DNA from: Candidatus Omnitrophota bacterium
GTDB lineage: Bacteria > Omnitrophota > Gorgyraeia > Gygaellales > Profunditerraquicolaceae
Direction of reading: 5' to 3'
Assembly: GCA_022710715.1 (NCBI GenBank)
Contig: JAKLGJ010000004.1
Location: 192,166 to 256,165 of the forward strand
DNA: 64,000 bases
The translations under genes and the position numbers were made by a program. The notes under the pieces were generated by a model. The model searched no databases. It saw only the letters and a program-made list of their open reading frames with translations, and had not been told where the DNA came from. This document shows, piece after piece, positions 20,187-30,778 of this stretch. How positions within the stretch are numbered: position 1 is the stretch's first letter; each line of letters starts with the position of its first letter.

Positions 20187-21544
20187 AAACAGTTCCTCCC
20201 CGCCATTCTGCCCTGCTGGTCGATCTTTACGAGTTGACCATGGCGCAGTGTTATTTCCGCTATAAACAACACGCCCACGCCACCTTCGATCTGTTTGTCC
20301 GGCAAATGCCCAGGAATCGTTCGTTCCTGATCACGGCGGGGCTCGAAGATATCCTGCAGTACATCCGGCAGTTGCATTTCGGCAGCGACGATATCAAGTA
20401 TCTGCGCAGCCTTAAGTTTTTCTCCGAGGCGTTTCTCGAGTATCTGGCGGATTTCAAATTTCACGGCGACATCTGGGCCATGCCCGAAGGAACGGTTTTC
20501 TTTCCCCAGGAGCCGGTGATCCGGGTGACCGCCCCGATCATGGAAGCCCAGTTGATCGAAGGCTTCCTGCTTAATACCATCAATATCCAGACGATGATCG
20601 CCAGTAAAGCCGTGCGTTGCGTGCTTGCCGCCGGCGGCAAAGGTCTGTTTGATTTTTCGCTGCGCCGGACTCACGGGCAGGACGCCAGCCTGAAAGTTGC
20701 GCGTTCCTCGTACCTGGCGGGTTTTGAGGCGACGTCTCACGTGCAGGCCGGTTATTACTACGGTATCCCCCTGGCCGGCACCATGGCGCATTCGTTCGTA
20801 ATGTCCTTCGCCAGCGAGATCGAGGCTTTTTTTGCCTACAGCAGCACCTTTCCGCAAAAAACGGTGCTGCTGGTGGACACGTACGACGCCAGAAAGGGAA
20901 TACGCAAAGCCGTCAAGATCGGACAGGAACTTGCCAAACGGGGCCATCGGCTTGTCGGTATCCGGCTCGACAGCGGCAATATCGTCGCGCTGGCGCGTTT
21001 TGCCCGCAAGGCGCTGGATGACGCCGGGCTGCAGTATGTAAAAATCATCGCTTCCGGCAACCTGGATGAGTATAAGATCGCCGATATTCTGGGCAAAGGG
21101 GCGGCGGTGGACGGTTTCGGCGTCGGCACGCACATGGGCACCTCCAGCGACGCGCCCGTGCTGGACGTGATCTATAAACTAAGCGAAGTCGGCGACAACA
21201 AACATTCGCTGATGCCGGTGATGAAATTAAGCACGGGTAAAGTTACCTATCCGGGACGCAAACAGGTGTTCAGGATCAATGATCGCAAGGGCGTATTCGT
21301 TAAAGATATACTCGGTCTGGAAAAAGAAACGCCGGATGGTCAGCCGTTGCTGGAAAAAGTGGTTGACCGGGGCAAGGTCCTTTACGTTTGCCCGGCTCTT
21401 GAGCATATCCGCGCGCGCGTCCGGGAAAGTCTGAATGCGCTGCCTGCGGCGATCAAAGAGCTGCGTAAAGTGCAGATGTATGCGGTTGAGATCAGCCCGG
21501 CGCTGCGGGCGTTGACCGTTGACGTGAGCCGGCGGTTGGCGTAG
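20183..21544 (+). CDS. pncB: Nicotinate phosphoribosyltransferase
   Basis: Full-length NAPRTase family similarity (YELTMAQCYF N-terminus). Confidence 0.85.
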   Translation: MKTVPPRHSALLVDLYELTMAQCYFRYKQHAHATFDLFVRQMPRNRSFLITAGLEDILQYIRQLHFGSDDIKYLRSLKFFSEAFLEYLADFKFHGDIWAMPEGTVFFPQEPVIRVTAPIMEAQLIEGFLLNTINIQTMIASKAVRCVLAAGGKGLFDFSLRRTHGQDASLKVARSSYLAGFEATSHVQAGYYYGIPLAGTMAHSFVMSFASEIEAFFAYSSTFPQKTVLLVDTYDARKGIRKAVKIGQELAKRGHRLVGIRLDSGNIVALARFARKALDDAGLQYVKIIASGNLDEYKIADILGKGAAVDGFGVGTHMGTSSDAPVLDVIYKLSEVGDNKHSLMPVMKLSTGKVTYPGRKQVFRINDRKGVFVKDILGLEKETPDGQPLLEKVVDRGKVLYVCPALEHIRARVRESLNALPAAIKELRKVQMYAVEISPALRALTVDVSRRLA

Positions 21545-21552
21545 GTGATCCG

Positions 21553-22125
21553 ATGAAAACAAAAACGGCATTTTTCGACATCGATACCCAGTTCGATTTC
21601 ATGCGCCCGCGGGGCGCGTTGTATGTCAAGGGCGCAAGCGGGATCACCGCGCGGCTGCGCAGGTTGACCCGTCTGGCTGACCGCTGCCGCATTCCCGTGA
21701 TTTCATCCCTCGACCGGCACACGCGCAACGATCCCGAGTTCGCCCGCTTCCCGCCCCATTGCGTACGGGGGAGCCGCGGGCAAAAGAAGATCGCGGAAAC
21801 CATGGCCGGCGTCACCCGGCAGACAGGTATCTCCAAGTGCACGTTGGACGTGTTCGCCAATCCCCGGACCGAGAAGCTCCTTCGTCGTTTCGACCGGGTG
21901 TATGTATACGGGGTGGCGCTGGATTATTGCGTCAAAGCCGCGTGCCTGGGGGCGGTCAAACGGGGGCTGCAGACCTATCTGGTCACTGACGCCACTGTCG
22001 CGGTTTCCCGGCTTGCCGGCCGACAAACGTTGCGGTTATTGCGGCGCAGGAAAGTGATATTCACGACGGTCAACGCGGTGGAAAAGGAATTCCTTTCATG
22101 CAGAAAAACGCTCAAGAGTTCTTAA
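21553..22125 (+). CDS. pncA: Isochorismatase-family hydrolase, likely nicotinamidase
   Basis: Isochorismatase fold with a catalytic Cys (YGVALDYCV), adjacent to pncB. Confidence 0.7.
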   Translation: MKTKTAFFDIDTQFDFMRPRGALYVKGASGITARLRRLTRLADRCRIPVISSLDRHTRNDPEFARFPPHCVRGSRGQKKIAETMAGVTRQTGISKCTLDVFANPRTEKLLRRFDRVYVYGVALDYCVKAACLGAVKRGLQTYLVTDATVAVSRLAGRQTLRLLRRRKVIFTTVNAVEKEFLSCRKTLKSS

Positions 22126-22724
22126 AGAATCTGGCGCGGCGTCAGATCAGCGGGCTCTACTGTGAAACGCGCCAGCAGGCGATCGAGGCTGTCGTGCAGC
22201 GCATACCGGCTTCAGCCACGGTCGCTTTCTCCGGTTCGCTGACGCTGCATCAACTGGGAATAATTTCTTTGCTGGAATCAAAAGGTTTACAGGTGTATAA
22301 TCATACTAAGCCGGGATTGAGCCGGCAGGAAGCCATGCAGCTGCGGCATCAGGGGGTGCAGGCGGATTTTTATCTGACCAGCGCGAATGCTCTTTCCCGT
22401 GACGGTAAGATGGTTTTTTTCAGCGCCTGGGGCCACCGTATCGCTGCAATCGCCGATGCCCGGCAGGTGATCGTTGTTTGCGGTATCAATAAATTGACCG
22501 GCTCTCTGGATGAAGCGCTCAAGCGCGCACGCGAGCTCGTCACTCCGCTTAACTGCAAACGCTTGAACTGGAAAACGCCGTGCTCCGACGGTGGTCTGTG
22601 CCGGCAGGAAGACTGTTTCGCACCGGAATATGCCCGGATGTGCTGTCAGATCCTGGTCGTAGAAGCTGACATGCTGCCGTCGCGGATGACGGTTATCCTG
22701 GTGGGGGAATCCCTGGGATTCTAA
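22098..22724 (+). CDS. LUD-domain (DUF162, lactate utilisation LutB/C-like) protein
   Basis: LUD domain similarity with C-terminal cysteines. Confidence 0.6.
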   Translation: MQKNAQEFLKNLARRQISGLYCETRQQAIEAVVQRIPASATVAFSGSLTLHQLGIISLLESKGLQVYNHTKPGLSRQEAMQLRHQGVQADFYLTSANALSRDGKMVFFSAWGHRIAAIADARQVIVVCGINKLTGSLDEALKRARELVTPLNCKRLNWKTPCSDGGLCRQEDCFAPEYARMCCQILVVEADMLPSRMTVILVGESLGF

Positions 22725-22744
22725 CCGAGAACAGGTGAGAGGCG

Positions 22745-23209
22745 ATGCTTAGAAAAACGGTGGCTGAAGCTTTGAAGAAACGGCATTTTATCAACGTCGC
22801 CAGTTCTGATTTGCACGGAAAACCCAATGGCGTTTCGAAGTTCATTCTCAAGAGCGATACAAGCTATATATACCTGGTGGATTATTCCTTGAGCCGGACG
22901 TATTCCAATATCAAGACCAATCCGCGCGTTTCCCTTTCTTTTTTCGACGTCGAGGCTTTGCTGGGATATCAGATCAACGGTCCGGTCGAAATCATCGAAG
23001 CCGGCAAGGAGTATGATGATATTTCCGCCGAATTGCTCGAACGCGAGATCAGCCTTTCCACCGAGCGGATCATCAAAGGCGTGAGTACGGGGAAAAAACA
23101 CGAGCATTTTGAGGTTGCAAATCCCAAAAAATTTGTTATATTCAAGGTCAAGATGGATGAAATAGCGGAAGTAACCTATAGCGGCGAGATCCGCAGGGAG
23201 AAATCGTAA
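22745..23209 (+). CDS. Pyridoxamine 5'-phosphate oxidase-like FMN-binding split-barrel protein
   Basis: Weak PNPOx-like fold similarity. Confidence 0.45.
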   Translation: MLRKTVAEALKKRHFINVASSDLHGKPNGVSKFILKSDTSYIYLVDYSLSRTYSNIKTNPRVSLSFFDVEALLGYQINGPVEIIEAGKEYDDISAELLEREISLSTERIIKGVSTGKKHEHFEVANPKKFVIFKVKMDEIAEVTYSGEIRREKS

Positions 23210-23228
23210 GCGTTGAAAGGGATCGCGT

Positions 23229-23522
23229 ATGTTCGATAATATCAAAGCTTTGTTCGAGATGCAGAAGAAGATGCAGGAAGTCAAACGTGAACTTGATAAA
23301 ACGACCTTTGCCGTCGCCAGTTCCGACGGACTGGTCAAGATCACCATGAACGGTTCGCAGGAGATACAGCAGGTGGAATTTCCCGCGGGGATGCCCGGCG
23401 GGGATCCCGCGCAATTCGGGCAGACCATCAAAGATACCTTCAATCGTTCTATCAAACGTTCACAGGAAATAGCGGCGCAGAAAATGAAAGAAGTCGCCGG
23501 TTTGAACCTGCCGGGGAAATAA
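23229..23522 (+). CDS. ybaB: Nucleoid-associated protein YbaB/EbfC
   Basis: About 97 aa with the characteristic MQKKMQE...GGDP pattern. Confidence 0.85.
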   Translation: MFDNIKALFEMQKKMQEVKRELDKTTFAVASSDGLVKITMNGSQEIQQVEFPAGMPGGDPAQFGQTIKDTFNRSIKRSQEIAAQKMKEVAGLNLPGK

Positions 23523-23555
23523 AACCGGTGGGGGAGCCGCGGGGGGCGTCGTTCC

Positions 23556-23933
23556 ATGAGCGAACAAAAAAGTTTTTACCAGGTGGTGGAAGAGATCTGC
23601 GAGAAGGATGCGCGCTATAAGCCGGATAGTTACGAATTTGTCCTGCAGGCGCTGCATTTTACCCAGAAGAAGCTCGCCCGGAACGGGCACGTTACCGGGC
23701 AGGAGCTGCTGGAAGGCATTCGCGAACACGCCTTGAAGCAGTTCGGGCCGATGGCGCGGACCGTGCTGAACTACTGGGGGATCACCAAGACCGGCGATTT
23801 CGGCGCTATCGTGTTTATCATGATCGAGCATAAGCTGCTTTCCAGGACAGAGCAGGATACGCTGCAGGATTTTGAGGACGTCTACGATTTCGATAATGCC
23901 TTCAAGCATACGGTAACCGATATCGTCATTTGA
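23556..23933 (+). CDS. Conserved hypothetical protein (possibly Minf_1886-like family)
   Basis: 125 aa with no recognisable catalytic motif. Confidence 0.4.
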   Translation: MSEQKSFYQVVEEICEKDARYKPDSYEFVLQALHFTQKKLARNGHVTGQELLEGIREHALKQFGPMARTVLNYWGITKTGDFGAIVFIMIEHKLLSRTEQDTLQDFEDVYDFDNAFKHTVTDIVI

Positions 23934-23970
23934 GGCTTTTCCCTCCCGTGTACGGCGTGAAAGGAACCCC

Positions 23971-24999
23971 ATGAAATTCACAGGTCTTGCTACCGGCATC
24001 GGCAGCCTGCCCTATACCGATCCCTTTGCGGCGGTGAATCTGATTTCTACCCATCTGCCTGCCGTACCCTTCTGGCCCCAGCTGCCCCGGCGTGATCACC
24101 GGGAAGGTATGGTGGCGCAGTTCGCGGAGCGGCTTCCCTGCATCAAAGTCAGCGATGAGGGGGTTTTCTTTGACGACCGCGAAGCGGACAAAGAGCTGGA
24201 AGCGTTCTATGACCGGATCATCTCCCAGGATGTGGATTATTTCCGGATTTCCCGGGAACACGCGGCGGGATTATACGCTTTCCACGAACAGCTAAGCGAT
24301 ACGAATCTTAGAAATATAGCCTGTATCAAATGCCAGATCACCGGACCGTTCACGTTTGCCGGCAGCATTAACGACGCCCAGGGGAATCCGCTGGTGTTTA
24401 ACGAGATTTTCATGCAGGTGATCGTCAAAGCTTTGATCATGAAGGCTCTCTGGCAGATCAAGCTCTTCCGGCATTTCGGCAAACCCATACTGGTTTTTCT
24501 GGATGAGCCCTATCTGGGCAGCTTCGGTTCAGCCTATACGCCTCTGGATCGGCAGGATGTGATCAGCGTGTTGACTGAATGCACGCAGCCTTTGAAAGCG
24601 CCGGATGTGCTTATCGGGGTCCATTGCTGCGGGAATACCGATTGGTCCATTTTCACCGATGTGCCGTATATCGACGTGATCAATTTCGACGCGTACAGCT
24701 TCCTGGATAAGATCTTGCTGTATGCGGATCCGCTCAAAACGTTCTTCCAGCGCAGCGGCTTGCTTTGCTGGGGGGTAGTGCCGACCCAAGAGTTCAGCGA
24801 TGCGGTTACTCTCGGGGTATTGAAGAATAAGGTGGATCAGGGGATGGAAGCTCTGGCGCGCAAGGGGCTCGATCGCGCTTTGATCGCGGAAAATCTGATG
24901 TTGAGCCCGAGTTGCGGTTTAGGGACACTTAAAGAAACCCAGGCGCAAAAGATACTTAAGTTGTTGTCGGAATTATCGTTACAGTTTAGGGGTAAATAA
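23971..24999 (+). CDS. Cobalamin-independent methionine synthase (MetE C-terminal domain)-like / URO-D-CIMS-like short methyltransferase
   Basis: N-terminal TGIGSLPYTDP resembles the MetE 'TTxGSxPR' motif; His/Cys zinc ligands appear later in the sequence. Confidence 0.5.
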   Translation: MKFTGLATGIGSLPYTDPFAAVNLISTHLPAVPFWPQLPRRDHREGMVAQFAERLPCIKVSDEGVFFDDREADKELEAFYDRIISQDVDYFRISREHAAGLYAFHEQLSDTNLRNIACIKCQITGPFTFAGSINDAQGNPLVFNEIFMQVIVKALIMKALWQIKLFRHFGKPILVFLDEPYLGSFGSAYTPLDRQDVISVLTECTQPLKAPDVLIGVHCCGNTDWSIFTDVPYIDVINFDAYSFLDKILLYADPLKTFFQRSGLLCWGVVPTQEFSDAVTLGVLKNKVDQGMEALARKGLDRALIAENLMLSPSCGLGTLKETQAQKILKLLSELSLQFRGK

Positions 25000-25004
25000 T
25001 CTCC

Positions 25005-25033
25005 TTGACAACGCCTGGTAAAAAGAATAGAAT
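25005..25033 (+). promoter_or_regulatory. Sigma70-like promoter for the por operon
   Basis: TTGACA at 25005-25010, a 17 nt spacer, TAGAAT at 25028-25033, and an AAGGAG RBS before the ATG at 25071. Confidence 0.5.
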
Positions 25034-25070
25034 ACAAAATATTTTCATTTAACCATAAGGAGTCAGTCAA

Positions 25071-25628
25071 ATGAAAGAAATCCGTATTCACGCCCGCGCC
25101 GGGCAGGGGGCGATCACCACCGCAACGCTGTTGGGCAACGCTTATTTCCAGAAAGGAATGTATCCGTACGCATTCCCGCATTTCGGAGCCGCCCGCATGG
25201 GCGCGCCGATGAACGCTTTTGTCCGGGTTGATTCCGTTCCGGTCAGGTTGCGCAGCCAGATCTACGAACCGGATTACCTTATAATTGTGGATGCCACCCT
25301 GATGCGCGGCTTCAATTGTTTTTCCGGCCTGCAAGAGAACGGTATCGCTATTATAAACCATCGGGAAGGGGTTGAAGTGCCGAAAGTCGGCGCCCGCCAG
25401 AAAACCTACGTGGTTCCGGCCAACGATATCGCCATGAAGACCATCGGCAGACCGCTGGGCAATACCGCATTGCTGGGCGCTTTCTGCGCGGCAACCGGTG
25501 ATCTTGATCTAGACAGCCTCAATGTCGCGATCAAAAAGAGATTCGCCGGCAAGGCCCAGGAAGGCAATCTCGAAGCGATCAAGCTGGGATACGCATTTGT
25601 CAACGATCTTAAGAAGTCCACTACCTAA
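25071..25628 (+). CDS. porG: Pyruvate/2-oxoacid:ferredoxin oxidoreductase gamma subunit
   Basis: POR gamma domain; first gene of the four-gene por operon. Confidence 0.85.
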   Translation: MKEIRIHARAGQGAITTATLLGNAYFQKGMYPYAFPHFGAARMGAPMNAFVRVDSVPVRLRSQIYEPDYLIIVDATLMRGFNCFSGLQENGIAIINHREGVEVPKVGARQKTYVVPANDIAMKTIGRPLGNTALLGAFCAATGDLDLDSLNVAIKKRFAGKAQEGNLEAIKLGYAFVNDLKKSTT

Positions 25629-25639
25629 GGAGCAAAACG

Positions 25640-25909
25640 ATGTTCGGCCCATTAAATTGTAAAGCAGGCACAAGCAAAAAGAACAAGACGGGCGCGTGGC
25701 GGGTAGAGTTGCGTCCGAAATACCTGCACCAGAATTGCATCGCCTGCAAGCTCTGCGTGACGGCGTGCCCGGAAGGCTGTATCATTCCCGGCGAGAAGAA
25801 TGCGTTCGAATTCGATGCGGCTTATTGCAAAGGCTGCGGGCTGTGCGCTGCGATCTGTCCTAAAAAAGATATCGCGATGGTCAAAGAAGAAGAGCAGAAA
25901 TCTAAATAA
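25640..25909 (+). CDS. porD: Pyruvate:ferredoxin oxidoreductase delta subunit (2x[4Fe-4S] ferredoxin)
   Basis: Two CxxCxxCxxxCP motifs. Confidence 0.85.
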   Translation: MFGPLNCKAGTSKKNKTGAWRVELRPKYLHQNCIACKLCVTACPEGCIIPGEKNAFEFDAAYCKGCGLCAAICPKKDIAMVKEEEQKSK

Positions 25910-25932
25910 GCATAGAAGAAAGAGGATTACCT

Positions 25933-27114
25933 ATGAAAGAGTTTCTTGAAGGATCGATGGCAGTAGCCAGAACGGTACAATTGTGTAAACCCGGAGTCAT
26001 TTCCGCGTATCCGATCACTCCCCAGACGCATATTGTCGAAGAGCTGGCGCAGATGGTCGCTGACGGCCACCTGAACGCCGAGTTCGTGAACGTGGAATCG
26101 GAACATTCCGCGGCTTCGGTGGTCCTGGGTGCTCTGGCTGCCGGCGTGCGCGCCTATACCGCTACCAGTTCGCAGGGATTGCTGCTTATGAGCGAGGTTA
26201 TTTTCAATATCGCGGGTATGCGTTTGCCTCTGGTTCTCACCGACGCCAACCGCGCGATCTCCGCTCCGATCAACATCTGGAACGATCAGCAGGATACGGT
26301 TTCCCTGCGCGACGCCGGATGGGTGCAGTTGTATGTGGAGAACCTGCAGGAGACCGTCGATTTCCATATCATGGCCTACAAACTCGCCGAAGACAAGAAT
26401 ATCATGCTCCCGGTAATGGTCTGTATGGACGGATTCATCCTTACCCACGGCATCGAATCGGTGGATATGCCGTCACAGGAGCAGGTCGATAAATTCCTCC
26501 CTCCGTATAAAGCTCTCTACAAGCTTGACGTGGACAATCCCATGACCCTGGGCCCGCTGGCTGATCCGGATTATTATACCGAAGCCCGGTATGCCATTCA
26601 GGAAACGCAGAAAAAGGTCCTGGAGGTTATCCCCAGGCTGACCGCTGATTTCGCCAGGGCTTTTGGCCGTACCTACAACGGTCTGATCGAAGAATATCAT
26701 ACGAAGGACGCCGAGCGGGTTATCGTGGCCATGGGATCGGTGTGCGGCTCGATCAAGGACGTCGTCGACGAACTGCGCTCCAAAGGCAAGAAGGTGGGGT
26801 TGCTCAAGATCGTTTCCTACCGTCCGTTCCCGGCCCAGGAGATCTATGATGCTTTGAAGAACGTATCGAAGGTCGGGGTTGTCGACCGGGCCGTTTCTCT
26901 CGGTTCATTCGCCCCGCTGGCTTCGGAGATCAAAGCCACTTTCTTCGGGAAGAAGAAAAAACCCGATACCATCAGCAGCTTTGTGGTCGGGTTGGGCGGT
27001 CGCGACATCACCAAGGATTCGATCAAAGAGATCTTCCGGATGCTGACGCAGAAGGAAAAGACGGGAGAATTTATCGATTTGAAACCTGAACTGTTAAAGG
27101 AGAATTATGAGTAA
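25933..27114 (+). CDS. porA: Pyruvate:ferredoxin oxidoreductase alpha subunit
   Basis: Full-length POR alpha similarity. Confidence 0.88.
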   Translation: MKEFLEGSMAVARTVQLCKPGVISAYPITPQTHIVEELAQMVADGHLNAEFVNVESEHSAASVVLGALAAGVRAYTATSSQGLLLMSEVIFNIAGMRLPLVLTDANRAISAPINIWNDQQDTVSLRDAGWVQLYVENLQETVDFHIMAYKLAEDKNIMLPVMVCMDGFILTHGIESVDMPSQEQVDKFLPPYKALYKLDVDNPMTLGPLADPDYYTEARYAIQETQKKVLEVIPRLTADFARAFGRTYNGLIEEYHTKDAERVIVAMGSVCGSIKDVVDELRSKGKKVGLLKIVSYRPFPAQEIYDALKNVSKVGVVDRAVSLGSFAPLASEIKATFFGKKKKPDTISSFVVGLGGRDITKDSIKEIFRMLTQKEKTGEFIDLKPELLKENYE

Positions 27115-28000
27115 CCATCTGTATGCTCCGGGACACACCGCCTGTTCGGGGTGCGGACAGGCTATGGCGGTGCGCTACGTACTGGATGCCGCCGGCAAAA
27201 ACACCATGGTGGCCAATAACACCGGCTGCCTCGAGGTTTTCTCGACAAAATATCCGGAATCCGCTTTTGAAGTTCCTTTCGTGCATTCCCTGTTCGAGAA
27301 CTGCGCGGCCGTGGCTTCGGGAGTGGAGGCTGCTTTGAAATACCTGGGCAAAAAGGATTCGATCAATGTGATCGCCGAGGCCGGCGACGGCGGCACCGCA
27401 GATATCGGGTTGCAGGCGCTTTCCGGCATGCTCGAAAGAGGCCACGACATCCTCTACGTCTGTTACGACAATGAGGCTTACATGAATACCGGAATTCAAA
27501 GAAGCGGGCTGACGCCGTTCAAGGCCAATACCACCACCAGCCCTAAAGGCGCCAAATCCTTCGGCAACCTCCGGTACAAGAAACCCATGCCGGAAATCGC
27601 CCTGGCGCACGGCATACCGTACATGGCCACCGCTACCGTCGGATACCCGCAGGATCTGCAGCGTAAAGTCAAAAAGGCTTTATCGATCAAAGGGCCGAAA
27701 TATATCCAGGTGCACGTTCCGTGCCCGCTGGGATGGCAGCATCCTTCGAATCAGACGTTCGATGTCGCCAAACTGGCGGTGGAAACCGGCCTGTACCCGC
27801 TGGTGGAATTCGAGAACGGCAAACTCATCGGGGTGCGCAAGATCAAGGCTTTGCCGGTGGAGGAATATCTCAAAGTGCAGGGAAGATTCAAGCATTTGCT
27901 GGGCAATGCCGAGGAAATCAAACTGGTGCAGGATGTCGCTAACGCCAGTATCGCGAAGTATAATTTGAAAATAGAAGCCGATACCGCCCAACCGGCTTAA
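27107..28000 (+). CDS. porB: Pyruvate:ferredoxin oxidoreductase beta subunit (TPP-binding)
   Basis: TPP-binding GDGG motif and N-terminal cysteines for the Fe-S cluster. Confidence 0.88.
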   Translation: MSNHLYAPGHTACSGCGQAMAVRYVLDAAGKNTMVANNTGCLEVFSTKYPESAFEVPFVHSLFENCAAVASGVEAALKYLGKKDSINVIAEAGDGGTADIGLQALSGMLERGHDILYVCYDNEAYMNTGIQRSGLTPFKANTTTSPKGAKSFGNLRYKKPMPEIALAHGIPYMATATVGYPQDLQRKVKKALSIKGPKYIQVHVPCPLGWQHPSNQTFDVAKLAVETGLYPLVEFENGKLIGVRKIKALPVEEYLKVQGRFKHLLGNAEEIKLVQDVANASIAKYNLKIEADTAQPA

Positions 28001-28033
28001 TGGACCGCGCAAGCGGCACGCATGGAGGAAAAA

Positions 28034-28216
28034 ATGGCCAAAGTTACTGTTGATACGGGTACCTGTGTCGGATGCGGTCTCTGCGAACAGATGTGTCCGG
28101 ATGTTTTTAAAGTCGAAGGCGACGGACTGGCGCATGTCAAAGCCCAGGAATGCAAAAGCTGCAACCTGGCCGATGTGGCGGGTCAGTGTCCGGTGAGCGC
28201 GATTAAAGTGAGTTAG
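28034..28216 (+). CDS. Small single-cluster [4Fe-4S]/[3Fe-4S] ferredoxin
   Basis: CxxCxxC...CP pattern in about 60 aa; likely electron acceptor for POR. Confidence 0.75.
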   Translation: MAKVTVDTGTCVGCGLCEQMCPDVFKVEGDGLAHVKAQECKSCNLADVAGQCPVSAIKVS

Positions 28217-28251
28217 ATCGAAGCAGCGGTTCTATGCCTGAACATGCGAAC

Positions 28252-28279
28252 GGGGACGTTTCTTTGAAGAAACGTCCCC
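28252..28279. terminator. Bidirectional hairpin between convergent genes
   Basis: Perfect 13 bp palindrome GGGGACGTTTCTT/AAGAAACGTCCCC between the ferredoxin (+) and ppiD-like (-) genes. Confidence 0.55.
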
Positions 28280-28297
28280 GGTGCATTTACAGAGAGT

Positions 28298-29710
28298 TTA
28301 CCTGCCCAGCGCTTTTGTCTTGATCTCTTTTACGAAGTCGGCAAAGGCCGCTTCTTTCTTGCGCGAGAGGATTTTTTCGCTGAAAGCGGGCTTTTCTTCG
28401 AGAAATTTCTTCTCGTCTACGGGCACGATGGACTGGCGCTTGACGATATAGAAACCGGTAGGCATTTCGATGGGGTCGCTGAATTCGTTATCTTTGAGCT
28501 TGGAAGCGGCGGTGAAAAAAGCGTCTGACGCCCCGATGCCCTGGATATAACTGCCGAATTTGAAAGGATCGGTGACATTCGTCTTCAAGCCGGCGGCCTG
28601 GGCGATCGCGTTCAGATTGATCCCTGCCGCATTGACCGACGCGCTTTCCTTGATGGTTTTAGCCGCTTCCTCGATCCTGGCTTTAGCCAGTTCTTTGGAT
28701 TTTTTCTCGGTGAGGGTTTCCTTGACCAGTTCGCGGATACTCTCGAAGCCGGGGATGGAAGCTTCTTTATGTTCTTTGAGGCGCAGGACGAAATAACTTT
28801 TGTCGACCTGGACCGGAGGGAGTATCTGCCCCGGCTGTAATGCGGGCAGGGTCATGGCGATGTCCTGAACCCATCCGATGCCCGGCACCGGGTCATTCTG
28901 GCTGAACCAGCCGGTTTGCTGGATCTGCGCATTCAATCCCGCAGCGATATCTTCGAGCGATTTTTTCTGTTCGATCAGCGAGCTGGCGCCCACGGCGTGA
29001 GCTTCGTTATCGAGTTTGATGTATTCCATGGCGTACGATTCCGGCTGCTTGAACTCTACCGAATTCTTGGCGTAGTATTCTTTGAGCTCTTCGTCGGTGA
29101 AGGTCAGCCCCGCGATGAAGTCCGACGGTTGCGAGACCAGATAGGCGATGCTCATCTGCTGGTTCTCTTTTTCGTATTCCGCCCGGACGTCCGCATCGGT
29201 GATCGCCACCGCACGGGTTATCTCGTCAAAAAGTTTCTTCAGGACCAGGTTCTGGCGGATCTGCTCTTCGTAAGCGCGCTTGGGCATTTTGAAAGCGAAA
29301 CGCAGGACCTGATCGTAGGTCCCCTGATCAAAGACGCCTTTGCGCTGGAAGATGGGGTTGGAGAGGATGGTGTTTCTGACATCATCGTCGTTGGCGCGGA
29401 TCTTCCGGTTTGCGGCTTCGCGCAGCAGCATGATGCGTTCCAGAGCCAGTCCGTTGAAATCCAGCATTTTTTCGAGCTGGGTGAAATTATCGCCGAATTG
29501 CATCATCATCTGCAATCTGATGGCGGCGAGCGATTGCTGGAGCTCATCCGGGGAGACCGGTTTTCCGAATAACGCGCCTACGGGTTTTGTTTCCTTGCGG
29601 CTGGAGACATAGCTGCCGATGCCCCAGAAGAGAAACGCGGGCATGACGGTGAAAAGCAGCACCAGCCAGACTTTTTTCTGAAAATCCTTATTATACATTC
29701 TTTCCCACAT
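28298..29710 (-). CDS. ppiD: Periplasmic chaperone PpiD/SurA-like protein (N-terminal anchor, SurA_N domain)
   Basis: Only convincing minus-strand gene. N-terminal TM anchor and a PpiD-like architecture. The start is uncertain; alternative ATGs lie at 29698 and upstream. Confidence 0.65.
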   Translation of the reverse strand: MWERMYNKDFQKKVWLVLLFTVMPAFLFWGIGSYVSSRKETKPVGALFGKPVSPDELQQSLAAIRLQMMMQFGDNFTQLEKMLDFNGLALERIMLLREAANRKIRANDDDVRNTILSNPIFQRKGVFDQGTYDQVLRFAFKMPKRAYEEQIRQNLVLKKLFDEITRAVAITDADVRAEYEKENQQMSIAYLVSQPSDFIAGLTFTDEELKEYYAKNSVEFKQPESYAMEYIKLDNEAHAVGASSLIEQKKSLEDIAAGLNAQIQQTGWFSQNDPVPGIGWVQDIAMTLPALQPGQILPPVQVDKSYFVLRLKEHKEASIPGFESIRELVKETLTEKKSKELAKARIEEAAKTIKESASVNAAGINLNAIAQAAGLKTNVTDPFKFGSYIQGIGASDAFFTAASKLKDNEFSDPIEMPTGFYIVKRQSIVPVDEKKFLEEKPAFSEKILSRKKEAAFADFVKEIKTKALGR

Positions 29711-29809
29711 GGTAACCTCATAGTGTGCCGCATTGGGCGGCAGGTGGTTGATGAATGAAGCGCGCAGTAAAACTATTATAATAGAATTTCGCGACAATAC
29801 AATTTTTTC

Positions 29810-29838
29810 TTTACAAAATAAAAGGCCGCCTGTATAAT
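29810..29838 (+). promoter_or_regulatory. Sigma70-like promoter for hisG
   Basis: TTTACA at 29810-29815, a 17 nt spacer and TATAAT at 29833-29838. Confidence 0.5.
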
Positions 29839-29873
29839 AACAAGCTGTGTTCAGTTAAGAAAGGATTGAGGTT

Positions 29874-30758
29874 ATGAATTCCAGGAAGTTGAAACTCGGC
29901 CTGCCTAAAGGAAGCTTGCAAGAGTCGACGTTCAAGATGTTCAAGAAGGCAGGCTTTAACGTTAATGTTTCCTCCACGCGTTCGTATTTCCCGTCTATCG
30001 ACGATCCGGAGATAGAGCCGGTACTTTTGCGCGCCCAGGAAATGTCGCGGTATGTCCAGGACGGCGCTCTCGATTGCGGGATCACCGGCAACGACTGGAT
30101 ACTGGAGAACAAATCCGACGTGGCCAGGATCACCGATCTGATGTACGCCAAGCAGAGCTTGTCTACGATCCGCTGGGTGGTCGCTGTTCCGGAAGCTTCG
30201 GGGATAAAAACCATCAAGCAGCTTCAGCATAAGCGCATCGCCACGGAGCTGGTGGGGGTTACCAAAGAATTCTTCGCCCGGCATAAGGTTAAAGTGGAGG
30301 TGGAATTCAGCTGGGGCGCTACGGAAGTTAAAGTCGCCACCGGTCTGGTCGACGCCATTGTGGACCTGACCGAGACCGGCAGCAGTCTGCGGGCCAACAA
30401 ACTTGTGGAGATCGCCACGGTTTGCGAGTCGACCACGCAGTTCATTGCCAATAAACAGGCCTTTAAAGACCGTTCTAAACGCGCCAAGATGGAGCAGATC
30501 GCGTTGTTGCTGAAAGGGGCGATTGCCGCGGAAGAGAAAGTGGGCGTAAAGATGAACGTCCGCAAGGCAGACCTGGATAACGTGGTAAAATTACTTCCTG
30601 CTTTGAAAGAGCCGACCATTTCCGATCTCTCCGCCGGCGGCTGGTATGCGGTGGAGACGGTGATTGACGAGCGGGTAGTCAGGACCCTTATCCCTGCGTT
30701 GAAAAAAGCCGGGGCTGAGGGGATCATAGAATATCCGTTGAACAAAGTTATTTATTGA
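29874..30758 (+). CDS. hisG: ATP phosphoribosyltransferase (long form with C-terminal regulatory domain)
   Basis: HisG catalytic and C-terminal domains; 294 aa. Confidence 0.88.
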   Translation: MNSRKLKLGLPKGSLQESTFKMFKKAGFNVNVSSTRSYFPSIDDPEIEPVLLRAQEMSRYVQDGALDCGITGNDWILENKSDVARITDLMYAKQSLSTIRWVVAVPEASGIKTIKQLQHKRIATELVGVTKEFFARHKVKVEVEFSWGATEVKVATGLVDAIVDLTETGSSLRANKLVEIATVCESTTQFIANKQAFKDRSKRAKMEQIALLLKGAIAAEEKVGVKMNVRKADLDNVVKLLPALKEPTISDLSAGGWYAVETVIDERVVRTLIPALKKAGAEGIIEYPLNKVIY

Positions 30759-30778
30759 TCAAGAAGGAGGCAGTTTCG